From Candidatus Thorarchaeota archaeon (GTDB lineage Archaea; Asgardarchaeota; Thorarchaeia; Thorarchaeales; Thorarchaeaceae), in the NCBI GenBank assembly GCA_030612365.1, contig JAUWOA010000001.1:7184-71183 (forward strand): a stretch of 64,000 nt of DNA, in the 5' to 3' direction. The notes under the pieces were generated by a model. That model saw only the letters and a program-made list of their open reading frames with translations, was not told where the DNA came from and ran no database searches. This document shows positions 1 to 8,529 of this stretch, piece after piece (position 1 is the first letter of the stretch; each line of letters begins with the position of its first letter). The position numbers and the translations under genes were made by a program.

Positions 1-1524
1 GAACTGTACTTGTTGACGCTTCTTTTGACGATCATTAGCTGATTGAACATGCAGCGCGAGGGATTTTGGTGAATGACCATAGACCTTTGCAGTCTTAATA
101 GCTTCAGCAATAGTATCACGAACTGCCTTGTCAGGTCCTGGCTGCAGACCTATTTTCCGCAGAAGCTCAGGGTATGAAAGTCTCTGCGGCTGCACGCCTA
201 TTTCTGCCAAATTCTGTTCAAGTGTAGGAATAAGATTGTTCTCTGCAAACAATGTATGGTTTGTTTCCCAGAGTGTTTTCCCGTGTTTCTGAAACTGCTC
301 ACGTTTCCAACACATCCCTTCAAAATATGCCATTGTATCTTCGGCTGAAAAGAAATCAGGTGGTCGACAGTCGGAGCTTACAGCCCAGTGTTCTAGATAT
401 ATATCATATTCTGAAAGATAGAAGTCTGGATGGTAGGTTCGTTTGGGTTCATCAGGATCCTTGTCACACCACGTAACTTCAGGTTCGTACTCAAATGGAA
501 TTCCATGCTGGAGAAAATAGTTGGCAATGTCACGTTCTGCAAGGCTTCCGACTTTTCTTCCATTCAGTGCTCTATAGAATTCATGAAGACGATGTCGAAA
601 GCGTTCATCCATGAGCTCAGGCTCCATAGCAGCCAGCTCCTCAGGCACACCCCACGCACTGACGTATGATAGATACTTTGCCTGAAACTTATAATCAGTC
701 TTGACTAACTTGTCAACAATTTCCTTGATTGTGGCTTCTCCTTCGCTCTCGACGTTAGTATCGCGCCTCGTTTTGTCATAAGCCTTAAGAATTCGAAGCC
801 CTAGACTGTGGAAAGTGGTCACTTCCACACCCTCGATTCCAAACCTGTGCTTTAACCGACTTCTTATCTCGTTGACTGTTCTCTTGTTGTAGGCTAGGAT
901 GAGAATTTCTCTTGGTGCTACGCCTTTACGATGAGCAAAGAAAGCTGCACGCGAAGTAAGCACGCGAGTTTTCCCTGCACCAGGACCAGCTATGATTAGG
1001 TTATTGATATCATTGGTTAGGATTGCTCGTGCTTGCCTCTCATTGAAACCGTAGCCATCATGATAATCCAGACCGTTGAAGAATTCAGCATGTCTCGACT
1101 TTTGCTCAATGATGTAAGCTTCATTATATCTCTGAAGAAAGGTCAGGAAAGAATCAAGATTATTCGCAATTGGTTCAACATGATGGTCGAACTTGTCAGG
1201 CATCTTCAATAGTTCCATCATTGCTTTTTCAAGAGGGGTTTCGAACGCCATCTTAGCTGGAGTAGTGAGATACGAATCGAATTTCCACAGAAGCTTGATT
1301 TCTTTCCGGAGCGTCTCAAGGTCAGCCCAAAGTTTCTCTATCTTGCTTCGAGCCTTCCTATCTTGTTCTCTCTCCCAATAGTAGTAATAGTATAGTCCGC
1401 CTCCCATCAATACTGGTGCGATTCCATAGGTTGCGAACACAAAGAGGATACTAGCAAACACGCATCCGAAACACAAGCATAACTCAGTATCAGAGAATAC
1501 CACTCGGCCCTCGTAAAATCGCAT
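1..1524 (-). CDS. SF1 UvrD/Rep-like helicase, partial (C-terminus lies off the left edge). It has an N-terminal TM segment and an internal Vsr/DUF559-like endonuclease motif.
   Basis: Manual minus-strand translation from the ATG at 1524 gives MRFYEGRVVFSDTELCLCFGCVFASILFVFATYGIAPVLMGGGLYYYYYWERE... The frame stays open to position 1. Walker A is LIIAGPGAGKTRVLTSRAAFF, encoded around 990-1020. A Vsr-like insert YHPDFYLSEYDIYLEHW is encoded around 370-420. It is absent from the ORF track because there is no in-window stop. The plus-strand ORFs 252..476, 430..669 and 1193..1381 are antisense to it. Confidence 0.6.
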   Translation of the reverse strand, partial: MRFYEGRVVFSDTELCLCFGCVFASILFVFATYGIAPVLMGGGLYYYYYWEREQDRKARSKIEKLWADLETLRKEIKLLWKFDSYLTTPAKMAFETPLEKAMMELLKMPDKFDHHVEPIANNLDSFLTFLQRYNEAYIIEQKSRHAEFFNGLDYHDGYGFNERQARAILTNDINNLIIAGPGAGKTRVLTSRAAFFAHRKGVAPREILILAYNKRTVNEIRSRLKHRFGIEGVEVTTFHSLGLRILKAYDKTRRDTNVESEGEATIKEIVDKLVKTDYKFQAKYLSYVSAWGVPEELAAMEPELMDERFRHRLHEFYRALNGRKVGSLAERDIANYFLQHGIPFEYEPEVTWCDKDPDEPKRTYHPDFYLSEYDIYLEHWAVSSDCRPPDFFSAEDTMAYFEGMCWKREQFQKHGKTLWETNHTLFAENNLIPTLEQNLAEIGVQPQRLSYPELLRKIGLQPGPDKAVRDTIAEAIKTAKVYGHSPKSLALHVQSANDRQKKRQQVQF

Positions 1525-1682
1525 TCACACACCACGCAGAGTGGAATAGGTATGATTGTCTGACATCTCTAACTTTCTAATCATTGAACTTGATTCCTAT
1601 CCACGATTCAAGCAGTTTTGCCGTCTGGCATGATATAAGATTTAGTAGTAGAGATTGGACTATCATTCCAAGGATGGAAAAA

Positions 1683-1735
1683 GCGGACCGGCCGAGATTT
1701 GAACTCTGGACCTCCTCCAGGCCAATTGGCATTGT
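1683..1735 (-). repeat. Degenerate tRNA 3'-end fragment (T-arm plus acceptor plus part of the anticodon arm). Putative att remnant and cassette boundary.
   Basis: The reverse complement is aatgccaattggcctggaggaggtccagagttcaaatctcggccggtcc. This aligns with the 3' portion of the intact tRNA-Ala at 28105-28181 (ggaggaggtcgtgagttcgaatctcacccggtccacca). There is no 5' half (no D-arm). Confidence 0.6.
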
Positions 1736-1824
1736 AGTGATTCTTAGACCCTAAGACTCGAGATGTTTGCAGATTCTATTGTGAATTACAAGAAAGGAAT
1801 CGCGCCCTCTGTCCCATATTCTTT

Positions 1825-2805
1825 TCATTTAATAAATCGACTCTCAAAAGCCGCTGAGAACGCCTCTTCGAAGTAGACCAGTGCTTGAGAAACAGTTCGC
1901 GGATCGCTTGTGCAGATGCCTGCCTCCAGATTCCTATTCATAGAAGGGGCTACTAGGTTTGCTGAGCCGATATACAGTTCTTTGTCATCAACAATTACTA
2001 TTTTCGCGTGCAGATGGTCTGCAGTTTCTATGACAAATCTCCTCTTGTGGAACCCTCTGACTGTTTCCTCATGATGGGGGTCATCTCCTGCTCTTCGTGT
2101 TAGTATCCTTATCGAAACATTCCGTTCTTCCTTCACTTGTGTGAGTTTCTGCTCAATATCTGTGATGCCCCAAATCCATGGAGATGCAATAAGAATCGTC
2201 TTTTCGGCCCTGTCAATCATGCTAAGAATTTTCGGGAGAATTTCTCTGTCTTTCACAAATGATACATCTGTAGATGTTGGTTGAGGTTCTGGAATGTCCT
2301 CTAGATCCATTGAGTACGATTGAACCTGTTCACGGAGTTCATCAGCAATTCCTAGAAACTCGGAATATCTCCCAATGTCATAGCTATCATCGGAATAGTG
2401 AAGCCCATCCAGTGCGATATCGTTGAGCTCTGCTGACCATTGTTCTAACTGTCTTTGAGGAACGTAGACCACCTCGTTGTTCAAATCCTTCCAGAATTCA
2501 TGAAGTTCGCCTGAGATTGCCTTGACTCTGTCATAGCGGTCTAGATCATAGTCCTTTGCGGCATACTCCTCTCCTTGTTTGAAGATGCGAAAGAGTCTTT
2601 TTCCCCATCGTTCCAACAGCCCTCTCTCGAACATGATTTCACTCTGGTCTCGTTCTTCATGTTTGCATCTGGAACATCCTTCTGCTTTGAGATGCCATTG
2701 CCCACAGTCGTTGCATTTGATTACTAGTCCCTGGTCACGCATCTGGAAATGCTCTGCACAAAGCGGGTAGTAGCCGCTCTTCTTTCCACATATCTGACAG
2801 ACCAA
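1825..2805 (-). CDS. PLD-family (HKD) nuclease-like protein with N-terminal Cys-rich zinc ribbons
   Basis: N-terminus MVCQICGKK..CAEHF..CNDCGQWH..CSRCKH has C2C2 pairs. The C-terminus carries the HKD-type motif HAKIVIVDDKELYIGSANL. Confidence 0.55.
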   Translation of the reverse strand: MVCQICGKKSGYYPLCAEHFQMRDQGLVIKCNDCGQWHLKAEGCSRCKHEERDQSEIMFERGLLERWGKRLFRIFKQGEEYAAKDYDLDRYDRVKAISGELHEFWKDLNNEVVYVPQRQLEQWSAELNDIALDGLHYSDDSYDIGRYSEFLGIADELREQVQSYSMDLEDIPEPQPTSTDVSFVKDREILPKILSMIDRAEKTILIASPWIWGITDIEQKLTQVKEERNVSIRILTRRAGDDPHHEETVRGFHKRRFVIETADHLHAKIVIVDDKELYIGSANLVAPSMNRNLEAGICTSDPRTVSQALVYFEEAFSAAFESRFIK

Positions 2806-2996
2806 ACAAGCTACCTCCAGTCCCGTAACTGACCGAGCCTTGTCCGGGTATTAAGACCATCGATGTTTTCCTAATCCTCAGATCAACGACCCAATGAAAT
2901 CCGAAACGGTTCAGAGCTGGCTAGCGGAAAGACCTGATGACGTAGAGAGCGTAAGAAGGCAACTTCAGAAGGAGGGGCCATTGGAATAGAAGAAAT

Positions 2997-3033
2997 GGTG
3001 GACCGGGTGAGATTTGAACTCACGACCTCCTCC
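2997..3033 (-). repeat. tRNA 3'-end fragment (near-identical to the tRNA-Ala T-arm and acceptor)
   Basis: The plus strand reads ggtggaccgggtgagatttgaactcacgacctcctcc. Its reverse complement is ggaggaggtcgtgagttcaaatctcacccggtccacc, with 1 mismatch against tRNA-Ala over ~37 nt. Upstream sequence is not tRNA-like. Confidence 0.7.
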
Positions 3034-3132
3034 TTAATTCCCTAGTTATTAGATATCGGTACTTAATATTGAATTCGTAATTATTATCTGCAGGTCTTTC
3101 CCATTAAATCATGCGGGTGGCGGGAATGTACT

Positions 3133-4695
3133 TTGAAAATTGATGAAAATCCAAATAAAGTCAATAGACATCACTTTGAACGAGCAGTTGAGCTCTCTAG
3201 AAAATGCACGCCTGAAAAAGAAGGAAAGGCAATTCCAATGGTGGGAGCGGTGATTGTCATTGACGGAAAGATAATTTCTGAAGCATATCGTAACCAGACT
3301 GGTTCTGGTGATCATGCTGAGTATATTGCTCTTGAGCATAGAATAGCGGATAAGACCGCTTTCGCTGACGCTGATCTAATTACAACACTAGAACCCTGTA
3401 CCAAAAGGAAGCATGGCAAAGAAAAGAAACCCTGTTCCGAATGGATTGTACTTCGCAGAATTAGAAAGGTATGGATTGGTACGCTTGACAGAAATATTGA
3501 CATTCAGGGAGTGGGCGAAATCTGGTTGCAGGATGCAGGAATTCCCATTGGTAGATTCCCCGATGATTTAGCTATTACAGTACTTGAACTGAACAGGACT
3601 TTTTTTGACCATATTTCAAAACAACCAAGGGTTCCAATAGAAACCTTGGAGGAATTAGCCGAGGAAATTCGAAGTGAAGTAAAGGATTGTCTTGAATCGA
3701 TTCAGCCTCAGGTTGATGCTTATTGGAGCAAGCATAGAGGATTATACTACAAATCAGCATTTCGAAGGATGTTTTGGGACGAACGTAAACACAAGGCTAG
3801 TACGAGGTCTTGGAATGACCTACAGAGAGGCTGGTTCTTAATCAGTGTTCTCAAAGACATTCGAACAGAACTCGATATGCCCTCTCCTACAAGTTCATCC
3901 CATTGGTCCCGAATAGGAAACTTGCTTCTTCACCTACATGAAGGATATCTCGTTCCATTTGAAAAGGAATTAGCTGGCATGGACTCGTTTGTGCATGCGA
4001 CCATGAAAAGAGTCTATGATGAACGGGACCGGTGGGATATTTCCAGAGAAACATCATATGATAGAACAGGTCAACCGACTTCCAATGGCACTCTGGGGTC
4101 TTGGCTGAAACTGCGAACATTCCCAGTTGGATTAGCATGGCGGGCTTATGATGTTTCAACAGAACTTGATGCAGATCATTACGAGGGTTGGCTAGGGAAA
4201 GCAAAAGCCGAGCTCTTTCGTAGAAAATTCGAGCAATGCTATGGGAGTCTAAAGAAAGTCCTGAGCATCCGGTTGTTTGATGTCAGTGGTTCTTTCATCC
4301 CTGCGTCAGAGATGGTTGGTGATGATGTGGCATCAACTCTGCATTGGCTAGCTAGACTAATTGACATCCGTCATCCCACAATGGTTCTTCCATTAATACC
4401 TCTGACACTTCATTCTATTCAGCTCGATTCCATTCTCCAGCTTGCCAAAATCACAGGTTCTGTGCATGATGTTATTGATTTGATTCACTTGCTTCTAAAA
4501 AGACCTCTAGAATTTGATTCCGATGAAGACAAGGAAAACTGGAATGAACTAGGACGCACATTGACCGAATTAGGTGGAGATAGGAAACCAAGTAAGGTGC
4601 CTCAGGAGCTGGCAACGATATTCGGAGAACTTGGCGGTTTGTGTTTCAAGCGCTTGGATTCCAGTGACGATAAATCTGAAACTAAGTCGAGCTGA
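3133..4695 (+). CDS. CDA-fold (cytidine/deoxycytidylate/RibD-type) deaminase domain protein with ~400-aa C-terminal extension of unknown function
   Basis: The zinc-binding signature reads GDHAEYIALEH ... TLEPCTKRKHG..KKPCSEW (the H-A-E ... P-C-x(n)-C pattern) near the N-terminus. The rest of the 520 aa is uncharacterised. Confidence 0.5.
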   Translation: MKIDENPNKVNRHHFERAVELSRKCTPEKEGKAIPMVGAVIVIDGKIISEAYRNQTGSGDHAEYIALEHRIADKTAFADADLITTLEPCTKRKHGKEKKPCSEWIVLRRIRKVWIGTLDRNIDIQGVGEIWLQDAGIPIGRFPDDLAITVLELNRTFFDHISKQPRVPIETLEELAEEIRSEVKDCLESIQPQVDAYWSKHRGLYYKSAFRRMFWDERKHKASTRSWNDLQRGWFLISVLKDIRTELDMPSPTSSSHWSRIGNLLLHLHEGYLVPFEKELAGMDSFVHATMKRVYDERDRWDISRETSYDRTGQPTSNGTLGSWLKLRTFPVGLAWRAYDVSTELDADHYEGWLGKAKAELFRRKFEQCYGSLKKVLSIRLFDVSGSFIPASEMVGDDVASTLHWLARLIDIRHPTMVLPLIPLTLHSIQLDSILQLAKITGSVHDVIDLIHLLLKRPLEFDSDEDKENWNELGRTLTELGGDRKPSKVPQELATIFGELGGLCFKRLDSSDDKSETKSS

Positions 4696-4744
4696 CTTTT
4701 TCTGAGGTTGATTGTTCCATATAAAGGACTGATTAGCATAGATT

Positions 4745-4769
4745 GGGTGGCGGACCGAGCGAGATTCGC
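4745..4769 (-). repeat. Degenerate tRNA 3'-end fragment
   Basis: gggtggcggaccgagcgagattcgc resembles the consensus ggtggaccgggcgagattcgaactcg found in the other fragments. Confidence 0.4.
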
Positions 4770-4774
4770 TTATC

Positions 4775-4990
4775 CTACTACGTGTCCCATTACCTGTCCT
4801 GTCTTACTACCCCTCCTACTGCCTGTCCCACTACCAGTCATGCTACCTGTCCAACTACCTGTCCTATCCTACTACTTATCCTACTGCCTGTCCCACTATC
4901 AGTCATACTACCTGTCCCATTACCTGTCCTATCCTACTATCTATCCTACTGCCTGTCCCACTTCTCATTATGACTCATTGTCCATTACTA
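4775..4990. repeat. Tandem direct repeat of about 3 units of 65-68 bp with a ~9-bp sub-periodicity (tacctgtcc / ctactgcctgtcccact)
   Basis: cctactgcctgtcccact recurs at ~4813, ~4881 and ~4946. tacctgtcc recurs at 4790, 4853, 4862, 4909 and 4921. The track ORFs 4708..5058 and 4743..4973 translate this as a low-complexity P/L/T/C string. Confidence 0.7.
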
Positions 4991-5054
4991 ACCCGCACAA
5001 AAACCACATATTTCGCAATAAACAAACATTTATTACATATCTGGAGAATTATCC

Positions 5055-5309
5055 TTGATTATAATGCAAGATCTTCCCACAAAAAAAATGAATGAGATGC
5101 GTAGGTCTACGAAGGCCAACTACAACGTTCTCTCAGAAGTTGCCAAGAAGTACTTGAATTCGGAAACGGGTGTAGAACTCAAAGCACTGCTGGAACTAGT
5201 AGGTGCGAAGAAATGGACTTTACGGAATTTCGCAAAAATGGAGGACATCAAGGTATCGATTCTTAGTGACCATGATGGCAAGAAGTATGTTTTCTTTAGA
5301 AGCAAGTAG
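5055..5309 (+). CDS. hypothetical small protein (84 aa)
   Basis: Single ORF in its own intergenic space. No motifs recognised. Confidence 0.3.
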   Translation: MIIMQDLPTKKMNEMRRSTKANYNVLSEVAKKYLNSETGVELKALLELVGAKKWTLRNFAKMEDIKVSILSDHDGKKYVFFRSK

Positions 5310-5335
5310 TTTCTGCTAGATTGGAGTGAGTAGTT

Positions 5336-5674
5336 GTGACAGATGGCTCTGATAGAATCGAGACAGTCAAGATAACGACGGTCACGACTACACGAGTAAT
5401 CACTGCGGAGCTGAGGGTAACTGAAACAATCGAGCGTGTGGAGCAACTTCCGTCAATATCGAGAAACCGGTCTGCTGCAAGGATAAAGAAATATCTGATT
5501 ATGGGCGTGTTTTTGGATATTGCAGGTAATCTGCTTGCTGCAGTACTACAGTTGGGGTTGATACTGCAGAATGTAATCCCCTATGTCCTACTCAACCTAC
5601 TAGTGGCTATGGGCATAATCTTCGTGGTTCTGAGAGAACACAGAAGAGGTGCACATGATGCTGATTTGCCCTGA
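5336..5674 (+). CDS. hypothetical small membrane protein (112 aa)
   Basis: The C-terminal half is hydrophobic (LIMGVFLDIAGNLLAAVLQLGLILQNVIPYVLLNLLVAMGIIFVVL). Confidence 0.3.
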   Translation: MTDGSDRIETVKITTVTTTRVITAELRVTETIERVEQLPSISRNRSAARIKKYLIMGVFLDIAGNLLAAVLQLGLILQNVIPYVLLNLLVAMGIIFVVLREHRRGAHDADLP

Positions 5675-5858
5675 AACGCGATTCATGCATCCTCCTAATG
5701 CAACCAAGGAGATTGCTAAGCGAGGGCAAAAGGGGCAGGGCTCAAGTTCCTGTTTCGTGGGGCTTCGCTATGAATTTATTATCGATGCAAATACGTGCGC
5801 GCGTCTTCTCTTCCGACAATATGATGAAGATGGATGTGATTAGAATCTCAGAGGAAAA

Positions 5859-5901
5859 TGGTGGACTGGCTGAAACTCGAACTCGGCACCTCTTCCATGC
5901 C
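5859..5901 (-). repeat. Degenerate tRNA 3'-end fragment
   Basis: tggtggactggctgaaactcgaactcggcacctcttccatgcc has the acceptor-like ggtggac, the T-loop-like cgaactcg and cctcttccatgcc (compare cctcctccatgcc in tRNA-Ala). Confidence 0.45.
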
Positions 5902-5968
5902 ACCGAGGCTGATTCGAATGATTATAATAGAAATCATCATAGATGGACAGAACTGACAAGCACAAGAG

Positions 5969-6922
5969 GTGATTGCACTCAAGAATCTTAAACGCAAAAT
6001 CATTGGTATTGGAAAACATGCTGATGGCGGATTCAAGGATCTGAGTTTTCCTGGTCTCTTTTCGACCAAAATTGGTAAGAAGTTAGGCCACCAATTGAGC
6101 AACCTATCCATGTTTGTGTTTGTATCTTGCTTCTTGACATTCCCAGCTGGGGAATTACAGAATGCTTGGCTTGTGATTGCTAGAAATAATGATATTGTGA
6201 AACTGAGACCTTTAGTAAAATCCGAAAAGGACTATGAAAAATTCGAGCAATTGATGTCTTGCTTTGAACTAATTTCGGAAGATGAAGATTCAAGCGATCT
6301 TGGTCGTCTTTTTGGAAGGAAAGAATTACGTCGTTTCTTAGCTTTGCTTTCTCTCTCAGCTTTTTCATATCTCGAAGTCTTTGGGCAGATGCTCTGTGAT
6401 TACATAAAAGAACACCCCCCCATTTGCAGCAAGGTGCTTTTCTATCTGCAGCAGAATGATGTGCGTGATAAATGCGGCACTCAGGTATTGACTATGAGTC
6501 AAGTCAAGAACCTAGGACTAAGAAAGAAACTGAGTATTCTAGGGGAATCGCTGGGTGCAGACAAAGCATGCGATAAGTATCTTGGCGATGGGGAATTTCT
6601 GAGATACCGCAATCTATTCAACTACTTCGTTAGACTTAGGGGCAAAATGGCCCATGGAAATCCAGAACCCAGTCTAAGTAAATTCGACCATGAATTCTTC
6701 CAGAGCGCACGGAAAGATGTGAAGAAAGCCTTCACTACCTTCGCAGACAATATGACAGAAGTACCGGAGCCGCTGCGGAATCATGTTGAGATAATTCAAT
6801 CATGGTTCAGGAAAACAGCGTCAACACTTGCAGTGATTTACGCAGTCCCGAAAATCATAGTAACCTACACATCAATCCTTGATTCCGTCATTGCTCACCA
6901 CGTAGTCACATCGTCATCCTAG
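5969..6922 (+). CDS. hypothetical protein (317 aa)
   Basis: Long ORF filling a cassette between two tRNA-fragment repeats. No recognisable motif. Confidence 0.4.
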   Translation: MIALKNLKRKIIGIGKHADGGFKDLSFPGLFSTKIGKKLGHQLSNLSMFVFVSCFLTFPAGELQNAWLVIARNNDIVKLRPLVKSEKDYEKFEQLMSCFELISEDEDSSDLGRLFGRKELRRFLALLSLSAFSYLEVFGQMLCDYIKEHPPICSKVLFYLQQNDVRDKCGTQVLTMSQVKNLGLRKKLSILGESLGADKACDKYLGDGEFLRYRNLFNYFVRLRGKMAHGNPEPSLSKFDHEFFQSARKDVKKAFTTFADNMTEVPEPLRNHVEIIQSWFRKTASTLAVIYAVPKIIVTYTSILDSVIAHHVVTSSS

Positions 6923-6976
6923 GTCCATTGAGTAATGGATATACTTGGGCTGTCAAAGAGTACAACGAGCAGAGAA

Positions 6977-7012
6977 TGGTGAGCATCGAGATTTGAACGC
7001 GCGACCTCCTCA
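6977..7012 (-). repeat. Degenerate tRNA 3'-end fragment
   Basis: tggtgagcatcgagatttgaacgcgcgacctcctc. The T-stem no longer pairs, so this is a decayed copy. Confidence 0.45.
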
Positions 7013-7078
7013 TAGCAAGCCAAGAGGATCTCTCTACGGCTACATGCCAGAACTGGGTTCGCTCATTGATGCAAATCA

Positions 7079-8332
7079 CTACTCCTGTGGAGATTGCTCT
7101 GTGTCGCCATAGTATTTCCGCTCAAGAACAACAAGCTCCACCATTCCATCAACTATCGTTCTGGATTTCAGGTCAATCATTGCCTTATCAAGCAGCGCGA
7201 TTATCTTGTTTTTATCTTGGTCTAGCATCTGCAAGAGAATGACTATGCAGGCTCTCGTCATCTCAAGAATATCAGTACAGAGATTCTCCAACCCCGCATC
7301 TTCTCCTACAACACTACCATGAATGTAGGTGCTTCGCACATCATATGCACGGATTATGGAATCATAAGTTTCAGATGGCTTATAGTTAAATTTGCTGAGC
7401 AGAATTGCGAGTCGTTGTCCAAGTCTGCGGGACAACCCCTCTCGTTCTTTTGGCTTCAGAAGTAGTGCTTCCAATGAGGTTATGGCGAGTGTTATCCTTT
7501 GTGCCCAGAGTCCTGGCCGTACAAGTGCATCACTATATCTCTCAAGTGCGACACAGACGTACTTGTGCTTTTGATTCCGGAAGGAGTTCTGCACTAGTGG
7601 CATCATCCTTTCGTAGAAGGTCTTCAGGTTCTCTATGTTAGCTTGAGTCACATCGTAATGGTAGATTACCTCACATAGTTGTAGATCAATATCAACAGAT
7701 TCGTTGAAGAAAGATACGGGAGCAATGGATCCTTCAAAAGCGCACACGACTGCTAACCGATAAAGCCGCAAGATATGCAGTACTGTGACGAGCTTGTCCT
7801 GCGCATCAGTCAAATTTCCAGCAATCGTTAATTCTATCAATGAATCAAAGATTTTCTCCTTCAAATCAGGTTTCAATTTTGTACCATCTGTGAACACACA
7901 AGTCACATCAGGATGAAGAATGACTCCCTCCAAAGCCGCATAGACATCATACCTAATCGGATTTCCACTGAGTTCATTCATGAAAAGGCTTACAGTTTCT
8001 GCCAAAACCTTGGGTGTGAATCGATTGTCAGCTTTTTCAAGAATATTGGTGATGAAGGTCTTTGCGTTTTTCTCAGCATCTTCATCTGACAAACTGAATC
8101 TGGTTTTCAATGCATCAACTGTCACTACGTACGATTCATCACGTATTATTCCTAGGATGATTTCTTTCTGGTCGATCCCCTCATCTCTAAGTATCGCAGA
8201 AGTTCTTCTACGCCTATTGCTTATCTTTCGTTCTGCTTCTATGGCTTTGAAGACTCCATATCTATCCAAAATTGTTTCTATTGCTTGCGCTAGGTCCCAT
8301 AATGTACCGTGTAGTGCATCACTGGATTTCAT
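7079..8332 (-). CDS. hypothetical protein (417 aa)
   Basis: Long ORF. No motif recognised. Confidence 0.4.
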   Translation of the reverse strand: MKSSDALHGTLWDLAQAIETILDRYGVFKAIEAERKISNRRRRTSAILRDEGIDQKEIILGIIRDESYVVTVDALKTRFSLSDEDAEKNAKTFITNILEKADNRFTPKVLAETVSLFMNELSGNPIRYDVYAALEGVILHPDVTCVFTDGTKLKPDLKEKIFDSLIELTIAGNLTDAQDKLVTVLHILRLYRLAVVCAFEGSIAPVSFFNESVDIDLQLCEVIYHYDVTQANIENLKTFYERMMPLVQNSFRNQKHKYVCVALERYSDALVRPGLWAQRITLAITSLEALLLKPKEREGLSRRLGQRLAILLSKFNYKPSETYDSIIRAYDVRSTYIHGSVVGEDAGLENLCTDILEMTRACIVILLQMLDQDKNKIIALLDKAMIDLKSRTIVDGMVELVVLERKYYGDTEQSPQE

Positions 8333-8418
8333 TGTTTGCTTCCCCCGAATACATAGCTAGTGCATTATTCACGTTGATTTGACTCTTCCTTTGCATATTG
8401 GAAATCAGAAGAAGTGAT

Positions 8419-8452
8419 AGACCGGGTGGGATTTGAACTCGCGACCTCCTTC
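8419..8452 (-). repeat. Degenerate tRNA 3'-end fragment
   Basis: gaccgggtgggatttgaactcgcgacctccttcatgc. Confidence 0.45.
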
Positions 8453-8529
8453 ATGCAACGGGGAATGATTGGAGGAAAGACTAAGAGGAAGTTTTACTTG
8501 GAAACAGCAAGATTGGGCAAGAATCGGAG

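Noticed and set aside
252-1381. Plus-strand ORFs 252..476, 430..669 and 1193..1381
   Set aside because: They lie antisense inside the long, motif-rich minus-strand UvrD-like helicase frame (Walker A, Vsr-like motif). They have no motifs of their own and are treated as spurious.
4775-4990. Tandem repeat as a CRISPR array
   Set aside because: There is no alternation of conserved repeats with unique spacers of ~30-40 bp. The units are near-identical throughout, and no cas genes are adjacent.
4708-5058. ORFs 4708..5058 and 4743..4973 as real proteins
   Set aside because: Their translation is a low-complexity P/L/T/C/Y string generated by the tandem repeat, and they overlap in two frames. They are probably non-coding, although a repetitive surface peptide cannot be fully excluded.
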